Shown here: positions 9,739 to 20,172 of the stretch, piece by piece | How the letters are laid out: each line of letters starts with the position of its first letter | Numbering within the stretch: the stretch's first letter is position 1 | DNA from: an uncultured delta proteobacterium | Lineage (GTDB): Bacteria > Desulfobacterota > Desulfuromonadia > Geobacterales > DSM-12255 | Assembly (NCBI GenBank): GCA_963787125.1 | Contig: CAWBBV010000007.1 | Location: 384,001-448,000 of the forward strand | Length of the DNA: 64,000 nucleotides | Direction of reading: 5' to 3' | Made by a program: the position numbers and the translations under genes | The notes under the pieces: generated by a model | Databases searched by the model: none | What the model was told of the DNA's origin: nothing | Seen by the model: only the letters and a program-made list of their open reading frames with translations

Positions 9739-10143
9739 ATGTTAAAGAAAGTGCTCGTTGTAGATGACTCAGCCCTGATCCACCAGATGTACCGGCTTGT
9801 TATGAACCGTTATCAGTGTGAGCTTGTGAGTGCCATGCACGGAGGAGAGGCGTTGGAAATGCTTTCTAAACACAGGGACATCGACCTGATCCTGCTGGAT
9901 GTCAACATGCCGGTCATGAACGGACTGCAGTTCATGGAGAAGGCTTCAGCCGCACTGATCCCCAAAAGAATTCCAATTATCATCATCAGTACCGAGGGCA
10001 AGGAAGAAGATACTGTGCGAGGGATGCAGCTGGGTGCCAGAGGATATCTGAAGAAGCCTTTTCTCCCGGCAAATCTCCATGCTCTGATCGAAAAGATTTT
10101 CAGCTGCCATACGGTATTAGCCAGTCAACTGGCTGTTAACTGA
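9739..10143 (+). CDS. cheY: CheY-like response regulator
   Basis: VVDDS...LDVNMPVMNG...ISTEG...KKPF; directly upstream of cheA; AGGAG RBS. Confidence 0.8.
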   Translation: MLKKVLVVDDSALIHQMYRLVMNRYQCELVSAMHGGEALEMLSKHRDIDLILLDVNMPVMNGLQFMEKASAALIPKRIPIIIISTEGKEEDTVRGMQLGARGYLKKPFLPANLHALIEKIFSCHTVLASQLAVN

Positions 10144-10164
10144 AAGAGTTCACAGGAGTAGGTT

Positions 10165-11841
10165 TTGAGCGGAAAAGCAGATTTTATAGCCCTGTTTCAG
10201 GATTTTCTTGAAGACGCAACCGGGCATATCGACAACGTCGAGACAGCGCTGCTGGAGATGGAAAAGTGCGTTGCCGCCGGTTCCACCGACAAGCAGCATC
10301 TGCTGAAGATGCTGGGGAGTCTCCACACACTGAAGGGGAATTCGGGGATGATGGGGTTCTCGCCTTTGCAGACGTATGTTCACCAGCTCGAATCCGTTTT
10401 AAAGCCAGTATCCGAAGGGTCGGCTCTGCTGACCATGGAGCTGGTGGAAGCCTGTTACACGGCAATCACTGTTCTGCGGGGAGCATTACAGCGGCTCGCC
10501 ATTGATCCGGCAGCTGAATTGGATCTGAGCAGCGAAACTGCCGACCTTGAAACTCTGGACAGCGGGGAGATCGTCCCTTTTACAGCGATTCCCAGCCAGG
10601 GTGACCTACGAGACGACACTGGCTACATAACCAGGAAGTCCGGCACACTGAAGGTCAACTTCGAAAAACTCGATGATCTGCTCAATCTGGTGGGGGAGCT
10701 GGTCATTCAGCGCACGGCCCTGCTCTCCCTTGAGTCGAGGTTCAAAGCGGCAGCGGTGGACCGGGCGCTGCTGCAGGCATTCAATGAAACCTGCCAGTCA
10801 CTCGGCAAAACCGCCAATGACCTGCGCGATGCCATCATGAAAGTCAGGATGCTGCCGATCAAGGCGGTTTTTCAGCGCTTCAACCGGCTGGTGCGCGATC
10901 TTTCCCAGAGTCATGGCAAAGAGATAAATATGGTTTTCGAGGGTGAGGAGACCGAACTCGACAAAACCGTTATTGATGAAATCGGTGAACCGTTGCTCCA
11001 TCTGATCCGTAATGCAGTCGATCATGGCATCGAGTCCCCGGCGGAGCGGCGTGACGCAGGGAAGCCGTCAGCGGCAACCCTGAAACTGAGCGCCTGCCAT
11101 GAAAGCAACAATATTGTTATTAAAGTGACAGATGACGGCCGCGGTCTGTCGGCCGAGAAAATAACTGCTTCGGCTCTGGTCAAGGGTCTGCTCGATAACG
11201 AAGAAGCCCGGCGTCTGAACGAGCAGGAAGCGTTTCAACTGCTATTCCTGCCGGGCTTTTCCACCTGCAGCAGGGTGACTGAGACATCCGGTCGCGGGAT
11301 CGGGCTTGATGTCGTCAAGAAAGCGGTGACCTCTTTAAACGGGACCATTGATATAGCCACTGTTGCCGGCAGAGGAACAGAGTTCACCATAAAGCTGCCC
11401 TTGACCCTGGCCATTATCCAGGCTCTCCTGGTGGAGGTTTCAGGGGAGACTTTTGCCATCCCTCTAACGGGAGTCCTGGAGAGTTTACGGCTCGACTCTG
11501 CCGTAATACACCGGGTGGCTGCCGGTGAACTGATCAATCTGCGCGATCGGCTGCTCCCCATAGTCCGGCTGAACAACAGTTTCGGACTTGTTCAGGTAGA
11601 GCGCGGGGATATGGAATATGTCGTCATTGTCGGCAGTGGCGAAAAGCGGGGCGGAATTGTCGTAGACCGGCTCCTGGGGCAGCAGGAGATTGTTATTAAG
11701 GGGATTGACGACTATCTGGGTAATTTGCCCGGAATATCGGGTGCGACCGTGCTTGGTGACGGCCGGGTCTCCTTGATCATCGATATTGCAACGCTTCTGG
11801 TGATAATGAAAGGAGATAACAATTATGAACGCAAACAATGA
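10165..11841 (+). CDS. cheA: Chemotaxis histidine kinase CheA (Hpt, dimerisation, HATPase, CheW; no P2)
   Basis: LHTLKGNSGMMG Hpt, LDDLLNLVGELV, HLIRNAVDHGIE, SGRGIGLDVVK and KLPLTLAII. TTG start follows AGGAG. Confidence 0.93.
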   Translation: MSGKADFIALFQDFLEDATGHIDNVETALLEMEKCVAAGSTDKQHLLKMLGSLHTLKGNSGMMGFSPLQTYVHQLESVLKPVSEGSALLTMELVEACYTAITVLRGALQRLAIDPAAELDLSSETADLETLDSGEIVPFTAIPSQGDLRDDTGYITRKSGTLKVNFEKLDDLLNLVGELVIQRTALLSLESRFKAAAVDRALLQAFNETCQSLGKTANDLRDAIMKVRMLPIKAVFQRFNRLVRDLSQSHGKEINMVFEGEETELDKTVIDEIGEPLLHLIRNAVDHGIESPAERRDAGKPSAATLKLSACHESNNIVIKVTDDGRGLSAEKITASALVKGLLDNEEARRLNEQEAFQLLFLPGFSTCSRVTETSGRGIGLDVVKKAVTSLNGTIDIATVAGRGTEFTIKLPLTLAIIQALLVEVSGETFAIPLTGVLESLRLDSAVIHRVAAGELINLRDRLLPIVRLNNSFGLVQVERGDMEYVVIVGSGEKRGGIVVDRLLGQQEIVIKGIDDYLGNLPGISGATVLGDGRVSLIIDIATLLVIMKGDNNYERKQ

Positions 11842-12376
11842 ACTGTTGCTGCCGGCTTCAGGACTGGCCGAGGATGTTCTGTCACGCTTTGTGGACAAGG
11901 CCCAGGATGAAGTCAATTACATGCAGGGTGCGGCAGAAAATGAAGCGGAAAAAACCTTTTATCATCTGGTGACCTTCCATCTGGAAAGGGAGGAGTACGG
12001 CGTTGAGATCGGCAGCGTCCAGGAGATCATCCGGGCGACCAATGTCACACCGGTGCCGGGGGCCCAGAATCATGTCACCGGCGTGATCAACCTACGCGGC
12101 AAGATTATTCCGGTCATCGATCTCCGCAAGAGGTTCCGGTTGCCGGCAGGCGAAATGAGTGACCAACAGCGGATTGTGGTGGTGGAGCGTGGCATGAAGC
12201 GCCTGGGGATGCTGGTGGACAGCGTCTCCCAGGTAATCAAGGTGCAGGCCGGAGTGGTAGAAGAGCTGCCGGAAGAAGCAGCCGGCATTGATGAAAATTT
12301 CATCCGGGGAGTCGGCAAGCTGGACAGCCGCCTGATCATCATTCTCGATCTGAACCGGTCCCTGATGCTGGCTTAA
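11825..12376 (+). CDS. cheW: Chemotaxis coupling protein CheW
   Basis: [33 protein letters not shown] and [10 protein letters not shown]. Confidence 0.93.
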   Translation: MNANNELLLPASGLAEDVLSRFVDKAQDEVNYMQGAAENEAEKTFYHLVTFHLEREEYGVEIGSVQEIIRATNVTPVPGAQNHVTGVINLRGKIIPVIDLRKRFRLPAGEMSDQQRIVVVERGMKRLGMLVDSVSQVIKVQAGVVEELPEEAAGIDENFIRGVGKLDSRLIIILDLNRSLMLA

Positions 12377-12405
12377 TAATTCACTTTAACAAAATATTTA
12401 AAAAA

Positions 12406-14709
12406 ATGGAGACTGTCATGAATATGAAAATCGGTACAAAGCTTATGGCCAGCTTTATTTTGGTCGCCTTGATTTCGGGTGTCATCGGCTGGATAGGCAT
12501 GGTGAACGTTAAGAGGTTGCATCAGGCAAACATGCAGCTTTATGCAGAGAACTTGATTCCAATTACCTTGATTTCAGACGTTGCCGAGTCGTTCCGTGAG
12601 AATCAGGCCAATACGGGCATGTTGCTGCTGGAATCGAACAAGAGCAAGAAGGAGCATATCGAAGAGGAAGTCAAAAAGCTCAGTGCCCATATTCAGGAAA
12701 AGTCGGAGGCGTTCGAGAAGACGGCAACCACTCCGGAGGAGAAGAAGCTGTTCGAGGAATTTATGGCTTCACGCAAAGGCTGGAAGGATATTCGAGCCAG
12801 AATCATGGATCTTTCCGTGGAAGGAAAGCAGGATGAGGCCAACAGGTTGTTTGTGACAGAGGGGAGCGTAAAGGCCCATGCGGAGGCCGTGGCGATCGAG
12901 AAACTGATAGAGCACAATATTGCCGAGGCAAAACAGGTTGTGGAGGCCAACAAGAAAGCAGCGGAAGCGGCGATCAAGCTGATGGTCGCTGTTGCCGTTG
13001 CCGGGGTCATAGTTGCCTTTATCATCGGCATCGTTATCACCAGATCGATCACCAAGCCCTTGCGGGAAGCGGTTGACCTTGCCGAAAAAGTCGCCGACGG
13101 CGATCTGACTGGTGACCTGCCGGTCATTACCGGTGATGAAACGAGACAGTTGCTTAATATGCTGCAGAAAATGAAAGAGGGGCTGAGAAAAATCGTCGGC
13201 CAGATCAAGGACAATTCATCCCAGGTAGCAGCAGCAGCCAGCCAGATATCCACCGGCAGCGAACAGCTTTCCAGGGCAGCGCACAGCCAGGCATCCGCTG
13301 CCGACGAAACTTCTTCCACCATGGTTGAAATGGCGGCCTCCATCCAGACCGTGGCAATCAGTGCCGACTCTCTGGCAACCAATGCAGGTGAAGTCTCATC
13401 CTCTATTCAGGAACTGGGTGCTTCCAGTGAACAGGTAGCAAAAAGCGCCGATGTGATGGCGTCATCAGTGGCAGAGACCTCGGCGACCATTGAGCAGATG
13501 ACCGTCTCTATCGAAAAAGTGGCGAGGAACGCCGAGGAACTCGCCTCCTCGGTATCGGAAACGTCGAGCACCGTCGAGCAGATGACTGTTTCCATCGAGC
13601 AGGTTGCCGGCAACAGCCAGGAGCTACAGCAGATGTCAATTGAAGCTGCTGCCATTGTCGAAGAACTGGCCGCCTCCATAAGTAGAGTGTCGAAGAACGT
13701 TAGCGACGCCGATACCGTTGCCAAGACCGCTGCCCAGGAGGGGTATGCCGGGCAAAAGGCGGTACAGGAGGCGCTGACCGCCATGAAACGGGTGGCAGAG
13801 GTAAGTGAGAAGACTGCAGCCTCCATCGTCAACCTTGGTAAACGCTCGGAAGAGATTGGCGGGATTGTCAATGTTATTAACGAGATTGCCGACCAGACCA
13901 ACCTGCTGGCTCTGAACGCCGCCATCGAGGCTGCCCGGGCTGGCGATGCCGGGCGGGGTTTTGCCGTTGTTGCTGATGAAGTGCGCAAGCTGGCCGAGCG
14001 AAGTGTCAGCGCCACCAAAGAGATCGGCCAGGTCATAAAGCAGGTACAGGCTGACACCAATGATTCAGTCAAATACGGCGAAATGGCTTCGCGGGAGGCG
14101 CGAGCATCCATGGATCTGTCGGAAGTTGCCGGTAACGCCCTAAACAACATCGTCAGAAGCATCGAGCAGACAAGTGCCCTGATGAGTGAAGTGGCGGCAA
14201 TGACCGGCGAGCAGGCGGACGCCTCGAATCAGGTTATCAAGGCAGTGGAGAAGATGAACCTGACAACGGTGCAGGTAGCTGGAGCTGCCCGTGAACAGGC
14301 GCTGGGCGGTCGGCAGATCCGGATAGCCGTCGAGCGGATGAACTGCATCACCGGCGAAGTTACCGGCGCGACGCGGGAACAGGCACTGGGGAGCCGACAG
14401 ATCAGGATTGCTGTCGAAAACATGAATAGTGTTACCCAGCAGGTGAGCATCGCTACCCGGGAGCAAGCGTTGTCAGCGCGGCAGATCGTCACTTCGGTGA
14501 GTTCCATGAATGATATGACCCAGCAGGTGGCGAACGCTACGAGAGAGCAGAAGTCTGGGGGGGAGATGGTGGTCAAGGCGGTGGAGAACATCAGCGATCT
14601 GACCCGGGAAAACCTCTCCGCGGTGGAGCAGCTCGCCAGGTCGGCGGAACGTCTTTCCCAGCAGGCTGCCGAGCAGGCTGCAATGGTGGCAAAATTCAAG
14701 ATCGCCTGA
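12406..14709 (+). CDS. Methyl-accepting chemotaxis protein (4-helix-bundle sensor, HAMP, elongated signalling domain)
   Basis: Two TMs flanking a helical periplasmic domain, HAMP, hairpin tip [36 protein letters not shown], and 28-aa repeats in both arms. Confidence 0.93.
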   Translation: METVMNMKIGTKLMASFILVALISGVIGWIGMVNVKRLHQANMQLYAENLIPITLISDVAESFRENQANTGMLLLESNKSKKEHIEEEVKKLSAHIQEKSEAFEKTATTPEEKKLFEEFMASRKGWKDIRARIMDLSVEGKQDEANRLFVTEGSVKAHAEAVAIEKLIEHNIAEAKQVVEANKKAAEAAIKLMVAVAVAGVIVAFIIGIVITRSITKPLREAVDLAEKVADGDLTGDLPVITGDETRQLLNMLQKMKEGLRKIVGQIKDNSSQVAAAASQISTGSEQLSRAAHSQASAADETSSTMVEMAASIQTVAISADSLATNAGEVSSSIQELGASSEQVAKSADVMASSVAETSATIEQMTVSIEKVARNAEELASSVSETSSTVEQMTVSIEQVAGNSQELQQMSIEAAAIVEELAASISRVSKNVSDADTVAKTAAQEGYAGQKAVQEALTAMKRVAEVSEKTAASIVNLGKRSEEIGGIVNVINEIADQTNLLALNAAIEAARAGDAGRGFAVVADEVRKLAERSVSATKEIGQVIKQVQADTNDSVKYGEMASREARASMDLSEVAGNALNNIVRSIEQTSALMSEVAAMTGEQADASNQVIKAVEKMNLTTVQVAGAAREQALGGRQIRIAVERMNCITGEVTGATREQALGSRQIRIAVENMNSVTQQVSIATREQALSARQIVTSVSSMNDMTQQVANATREQKSGGEMVVKAVENISDLTRENLSAVEQLARSAERLSQQAAEQAAMVAKFKIA

Positions 14710-14905
14710 AACAGAGAGGGCATAGTTTGCCGGTTAAGGTGAATGAGGGGGGTGTTGACTGAGGAAATGTTGAACAACAACATCTTCACGCCAGGAGAGT
14801 GCTTGTGCGACGCATTGCGGCGGTAGAGCAGTCAATGTGAGCACTCAAAGCGTATTTGGCAAATGTAGAAGTAAGCTGGCTGACAGACTGAGGAGCGATG
14901 GAAAT

Positions 14906-15445
14906 ATGACAACAAATAATTGTAACAACGAACAGTCTTTCACCTCAATGCATGGTGTAAGTCTGCCGGAACTGGTTCGATTAATAGCCGACAGCAGCCC
15001 GGTATACCGGCAGAAGGCCATGGACATTGTCCTGATGGCAGGATTTAAAGTATGTTTACCAATTCTGGAAGAAGCGGTCCGCAACGATGATGATGCCGAC
15101 CTGCGCAACGGCGCCATGGAGGCGCTGGTGGCTTTCGGAGAAATGGCCGTACCCCATCTGATAAAAATGCTCATTGATGCTAATGAAGAGGTGAGAAACT
15201 TTAGTGCGGTCATGCTTGGGGAGATCGGTAATAATAAGGCGGTTATGCCGCTCATGAATGCGCTTCTGGATCCTGAACCTAACGTGAAGCATGCTGCCGC
15301 TGAAGCTCTCGGTAAGATAGGCGATCTAAGTGCTGTAACCGCTTTGCAGGAGATGGGCAAGGGGGATTTCTGGGATCAATTTTATTCATCGGCTGCGTTG
15401 GAATTGCTGAGAGCCACCAATATTAACAAGACGTTACCGCTCTGA
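14906..15445 (+). CDS. HEAT-repeat protein
   Basis: Repeats LRNGAMEALVAFG, VRNFSAVMLGEIG and VKHAAAEALGKIG. Start uncertain (14837 GTG, 14906 or 14948 ATG). Confidence 0.8.
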   Translation: MTTNNCNNEQSFTSMHGVSLPELVRLIADSSPVYRQKAMDIVLMAGFKVCLPILEEAVRNDDDADLRNGAMEALVAFGEMAVPHLIKMLIDANEEVRNFSAVMLGEIGNNKAVMPLMNALLDPEPNVKHAAAEALGKIGDLSAVTALQEMGKGDFWDQFYSSAALELLRATNINKTLPL

Positions 15446-15541
15446 CCCCCGGCCATCCGGGGATGCGATATCTGGTGCGTTTCATCGAAAAGGGAAGGTT
15501 TGCTTGCCGATATTTTGTTAAACCTATCCTGATGGCTTCTT

Positions 15542-16918
15542 TCAAGGAACAATCCCCATCCTTTCCAGCTTATAGCGGAGGGTGCCGCGGGGAACCTTGA
15601 GTAACTGGGCAGCCTGCAATACATTGCTGTTGCACGCTTTAAGTGCAGAGAGAATTATCTCCCGTTCAAAGTTGGCTACCGCCTCTTCCAGGCCGATTGT
15701 AAAAGCTGTGTCGGCGCAGAAGTCGGTCGGGGTTTTTTTGTCATCACCTCTGATCTCCGGTGGCAAATGTTCTGCCAGGAGTTTCGGCCCGGACTGCATG
15801 ATGCAGATGCGTTCGATGCTGTTTTTCAGCTCCCTGATGTTTCCGGGCCAGCTGTAGCTGGTCATTCTCTGCAGAGCTTCAGAGTCAACGGCTGCAAAGG
15901 TTCGTGAAAATTTCCGGTTGTAGATTTCCAGAAAGAACGTTACCAGCACCGGAATGTCTTCCTGCCGCTCCCGCAACGGAGGGATATGAATCGGAAAGAC
16001 ATTGAGGCGGTAGTAGAGGTCTTCCCGGAAATCACCCTGAAGAATTGCTTCCTTCAGATTCCGGTTGGTGGCGGCAATAACCCGAACATCAACCTCGATG
16101 CTTTTTGTCCCCCCGACTCGCCGGACAGTTCGGCTTTCCAGCACTCTGAGCAGTTTTGCCTGCATGGCCGGTTCCATCTCCCCAACCTCGTCAAGGAAGA
16201 TTGTCCCCCGGTTGGCCATTTCGAACAGTCCCTGTTTTCTGACAGTTGCATCGGTAAAGGCCCCTTTCTCGTGACCAAACAGCTCACTCTCCAGGAGGTT
16301 CACCGGAATGGAGGCGCAGTTTATCTCGATTAAGGGTGCTTCGCGTCGCTCTGACAGGTGGTGGATGCTTTTGGCAATAAGTTCCTTGCCGGTACCGGAT
16401 TCTCCGGTGATGAGAACCGTCGCTTCCGGATGCTTGGCGACTTCTCTCGCCTGCCGCATGATCTCTTTCAGGGCACTGCTGACCCCGACCATGGGAATTT
16501 TTTCAAAAAACTCCAGCTCACCTTTGCGGATGGCGCGGACTTCCCGCTTGAGACTGCTGGTCTGGAGCGCCAATTTGACAATCAAGCGGAGCGCATCGGC
16601 CTTGAATGGCTTTTTCATGTAGTGGAACGCCCCTGATTGCAGCGATTCCACCGCCGATTCAACTGAGCCGTAGCCGGTGATAACGATCACCAGTAGTTCG
16701 GGATCAAGCTCTTTCATTTTTTTCAGGACATCAATGCCGTTTTCCGGGCCAAGATTCAGGTCCAACAGCACCAGGTCGATTTCTTCGGAGGTAACACGCT
16801 CAAGTGCACTCTTTCCGTCCACAGCCTGAATGACCTGATAGCCTTCATCCCGCAGGACCCGATTGACATTCTCACGGATAAACTCTTCATCATCAATTAT
16901 CAGTATCTTTTCCATCAC
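15542..16918 (-). CDS. sigma54-dependent response regulator (NtrC family)
   Basis: Receiver, GESGTGKE, ESELFGHEKGAFTDA, FLDEVG, WPGNIREL and HTH. Confidence 0.93.
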   Translation of the reverse strand: MMEKILIIDDEEFIRENVNRVLRDEGYQVIQAVDGKSALERVTSEEIDLVLLDLNLGPENGIDVLKKMKELDPELLVIVITGYGSVESAVESLQSGAFHYMKKPFKADALRLIVKLALQTSSLKREVRAIRKGELEFFEKIPMVGVSSALKEIMRQAREVAKHPEATVLITGESGTGKELIAKSIHHLSERREAPLIEINCASIPVNLLESELFGHEKGAFTDATVRKQGLFEMANRGTIFLDEVGEMEPAMQAKLLRVLESRTVRRVGGTKSIEVDVRVIAATNRNLKEAILQGDFREDLYYRLNVFPIHIPPLRERQEDIPVLVTFFLEIYNRKFSRTFAAVDSEALQRMTSYSWPGNIRELKNSIERICIMQSGPKLLAEHLPPEIRGDDKKTPTDFCADTAFTIGLEEAVANFEREIILSALKACNSNVLQAAQLLKVPRGTLRYKLERMGIVP

Positions 16919-19409
16919 TATCCTCTGCAGCTCTCTCCAGCGGGAGCCTGATCGTAAATATTGTGCCCTGATCTTCTACACTTCCGGCAGTTATGGTGCC
17001 GTGGTGCTCTTCGACTATTCTCTGAGTGATGGAGAGCCCCAGACCCGTTCCCCCCCGGCTTCTGGTGAAAAAAGGCTCAAAAATCTGCTCAATATCCGCC
17101 GCAGGTATCCCCTGACCGGTGTCGCTTATGGTCAGCGTCGCCATGCCGTTTTCAGCCTCCGCAGTAACTGTGATGCGTCCACCCGGTTTTGTTGCCATCA
17201 GCGCGTTGCGAAGAAGATTCAGCAGCATCTGGCGAATCTTATCCTGATCAAAGGCGCAGGGAGGGAATCTCCCAATGCTGCTGGTCAGGGTGATGCCTGC
17301 TTTTTCACAGGCTTTCCTGAAAAAGAGGAGCGTATCATGGATTGCAACGCCGATGTCACCGGAGCTGAATTCCGAGCGTGGTGGCGAAGCGTAGCTCAAG
17401 AGGGCATTGATCAGTTTTTCGACCCGTTCGATCTCTTCAAGGGCTTTCCCCAGCATCTCCCTGCTTTCCGGATCGACGTTCGAGCGGTCATGGAGATCAT
17501 CCAGCAGCAGCATGATGCCGGTCAGCGGGTTCCTGATTTCATGGGCGATGCCGGCGGAAAGTTTCCCCAGGGAGGCAAAACGGTCCATGCGGGTCATCTC
17601 TTCCCGCATGCGCTCTTTCTCGGTTTCATCGCGGATTGTTACGGTAATCCCCTGTTCCATGTCTGCACCGATTGTGAAGATACCGATATCAAAATACATG
17701 TTGTCAACAGTGAATGGCTGCCGTCCAAAAGGTCGATGGCCATTCACCGTCTCGTCAACCCGTGTTATCAGTTCCGGCCAGCTGGCGAAAACATGACGAT
17801 AATGTTCACCTGCTGCAGGGGTCTTCCCCAGGATGGCACGGCCCTTTGTGTTGATGGATATCAGCAGGCCGTTGCGGGAAAAGGGGATAATGGCACTGGA
17901 GATACTGTCTACAACCCCTTCCATGAAGTTTCTTTCACCGGTAACCTCCTGTCGTGAACGGTCGAGCTCGGCAAGCGTTTCCAGCAGTCGACCGTTACGC
18001 CGTTCAAGTTCAGTCGCCATCCGGTTAAAGTCAGCTGCAAGCTCACCGACCTCATCACCGGAACTTATTTCAACCCGGCTGCTGTCACTGCCGCCGGCAA
18101 GGGCCCGCGCCTGCTCAGTCAAAAGAGCCAGTGGCCGGGTTATCCCCCGGGATATTTGCCATGCGGCCAGGAGTGCCAGCGCTGTTGCCAGTGCCAGTAT
18201 CAGCCCACTCTTCTGCAGGTGATCGTGCATCTGGTCATTGATAATTGCTGCCGCTGCCCGTGCCGGTTCGTGAAACAGGTCAGTCTGAAAACCGATGGTA
18301 ACACCGCCGAATATGCCGTGTCGGGAGTAGTCGCCGGTAGTATAAATGATCGGGGCGTACGCCATGACTTTATGTGCTCCACCCACATTGGTGGTGTCCA
18401 CATAGCCGCTTTTCCAGGCTCTCACAGCGTTGGCAACAACTGGATAGTTCGGATGGATAAAGCCGGCATGATCCAGATTGAAAGGGATGTGACCACTTTC
18501 TATCTCAGCTTTTGTTGATTTACTGCTGTAAGGGGGAACCGGGTTTCCGTTTGGATCAAGACCACGGATATCCCAAAAGTTCGGGTGAGTGATGATCCAG
18601 CCTTCATCATCAAAGATAAAGGCGTAATTGCCACTACTGTAGGAAGGGAAGATCGTCTTCTCAACGCTGCCGGGGAGCACATGCTGACTGAACTCCATCA
18701 AGTGGCGATGATCAAGGGAGAGGACAACTGCCCCTTCAAATTCTCCCTGGGAGCTGTACAGCGGCGTGGAAAAACGGATAACCCCCTGGTACTCTCTGCC
18801 TCCGTAAGCGTGCTCCGAATCAGCAGCACCTGCCAGCTGTTCCGGTTTAGCCAGATGAAAGCCCGTCAAGTGGCTAACGTAGATGCCTCCCGGTTTAAGC
18901 GCGGCAGTTTTTTTAAAGTATGCTTCGCTTTTGAAACGGGTGTTGGCAGGTATAGCGACATTTTTAAGCTGTTCTACCGGGAGAATTCTGCCGGAGTCGA
19001 TGACAAAGCGCTGTCTGCCGTTGCGATCCAGGAGTTCAATGGATGAGTATATCGGGATCGAAATCCTTTCTTCAGCGGTTTTACCCCCTTTTTTAACTCT
19101 TCGCCAGACTTCGATTTTTCTGCTGGCGTAAAAACTGTCAAGGGTTGAGCTGTCTTTAGAGATAGCGGCAACAAGGCGCAGATCGTTTTCGCACTCTGCC
19201 AGGAATTGGGAAACATCCTCGGCAATCTGCTGTGCCCTGCTCTGCAGCGCTTCAGAAGCCTGGCGATCAGTTGCGTTGGAAATGTTTTCTGCCAGGCGTG
19301 AGTTGGTGCTACGAAGATTAAGGAAAAGAGTTGCTGAGGAAAAGGCCAGTGGCAGGAGAGCAATCAGAAACAGCGCCAGCAGGAATTTTCTAAAGAGGTT
19401 CAGTTTCAT
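16893..19409 (-). CDS. Sensor histidine kinase (large Cache-like periplasmic domain, HAMP, degenerate PAS, HisKA/HATPase)
   Basis: TM-periplasmic-TM, HAMP DEVGELAADFNRM, H-box GIAHEIRNPL and GTGLGL; overlaps the start of the cognate regulator. Confidence 0.9.
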   Translation of the reverse strand: MKLNLFRKFLLALFLIALLPLAFSSATLFLNLRSTNSRLAENISNATDRQASEALQSRAQQIAEDVSQFLAECENDLRLVAAISKDSSTLDSFYASRKIEVWRRVKKGGKTAEERISIPIYSSIELLDRNGRQRFVIDSGRILPVEQLKNVAIPANTRFKSEAYFKKTAALKPGGIYVSHLTGFHLAKPEQLAGAADSEHAYGGREYQGVIRFSTPLYSSQGEFEGAVVLSLDHRHLMEFSQHVLPGSVEKTIFPSYSSGNYAFIFDDEGWIITHPNFWDIRGLDPNGNPVPPYSSKSTKAEIESGHIPFNLDHAGFIHPNYPVVANAVRAWKSGYVDTTNVGGAHKVMAYAPIIYTTGDYSRHGIFGGVTIGFQTDLFHEPARAAAAIINDQMHDHLQKSGLILALATALALLAAWQISRGITRPLALLTEQARALAGGSDSSRVEISSGDEVGELAADFNRMATELERRNGRLLETLAELDRSRQEVTGERNFMEGVVDSISSAIIPFSRNGLLISINTKGRAILGKTPAAGEHYRHVFASWPELITRVDETVNGHRPFGRQPFTVDNMYFDIGIFTIGADMEQGITVTIRDETEKERMREEMTRMDRFASLGKLSAGIAHEIRNPLTGIMLLLDDLHDRSNVDPESREMLGKALEEIERVEKLINALLSYASPPRSEFSSGDIGVAIHDTLLFFRKACEKAGITLTSSIGRFPPCAFDQDKIRQMLLNLLRNALMATKPGGRITVTAEAENGMATLTISDTGQGIPAADIEQIFEPFFTRSRGGTGLGLSITQRIVEEHHGTITAGSVEDQGTIFTIRLPLERAAEDSDGKDTDN

Positions 19410-19588
19410 GCAATTCAATTTAAATGAGAGCCGGCGAGATTACAAGCGATGAATAGTCCGGAGAGTTTGAGTCGATCTCCAAAGTGATTCAGCTCTTATT
19501 TGTTAAGAAAATAGATATTTAAGGACAGATTTATAGCTCTTTGCAGCAGATGTGATAAACTCCTGCAAATTTATCAAGGAGTCCGTTA

Positions 19589-20140
19589 ATGAACGTTGCT
19601 GAAGCTAACAAGATCATTGCTGATGCCGATCTGCTGGCTGATGAAGTTGAGGTTGCGGCAGCCATAGGCAGACTTGGCCGGGAGATGACTGCACGGCTTG
19701 CCGAGAAAAGACCGATAATGCTCTGTGTCATGAACGGCGCACTGATTTTTGCCGGGCAGCTACTGACAAAGCTGGTGTTCCCGCTTGAGGTTGAATATAT
19801 TCATGTCAGCCGCTACGGCTCAGAGCATCAGGGGGGCGCTCTTGACTGGCTTGTCCGCCCCACAAGAGATCTTGAAGGCCGCACGGTTGTCCTGCTCGAC
19901 GACATTCTTGATGAAGGAGTAACACTTGCTGCAATCGCTGATTATTGCGTGGCGGCTGGTGCTGCCGAAGTGTTGATGGCCGTGTTGGTCGACAAGCTTC
20001 ATGACCGGAAGGTCAAGCCAGGGTACAAAGCGGATTTTAGCGGAATAGAAACAGAGGATCGCTTTTTGTTCGGCTATGGCCTCGACTACAAAGGTTTCTG
20101 GCGTAATGCACCGGGAATCTATGCAGTGAAGGGGTTGTGA
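19589..20140 (+). CDS. hpt: Hypoxanthine-guanine phosphoribosyltransferase
   Basis: PRPP motif VVLLDDILDEGVTL, plus FLFGYGLDYKG.WRN. Confidence 0.9.
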   Translation: MNVAEANKIIADADLLADEVEVAAAIGRLGREMTARLAEKRPIMLCVMNGALIFAGQLLTKLVFPLEVEYIHVSRYGSEHQGGALDWLVRPTRDLEGRTVVLLDDILDEGVTLAAIADYCVAAGAAEVLMAVLVDKLHDRKVKPGYKADFSGIETEDRFLFGYGLDYKGFWRNAPGIYAVKGL

Positions 20141-20172
20141 CGTCTGCAGGGTTTTTCTGCTTTTAAAAAAAC

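Noticed and set aside
12693..14789. Minus-strand ORFs (229, 251 and 186 aa) opposite the MCP
   Set aside because: Antisense artefacts of the repetitive coiled-coil coding sequence.
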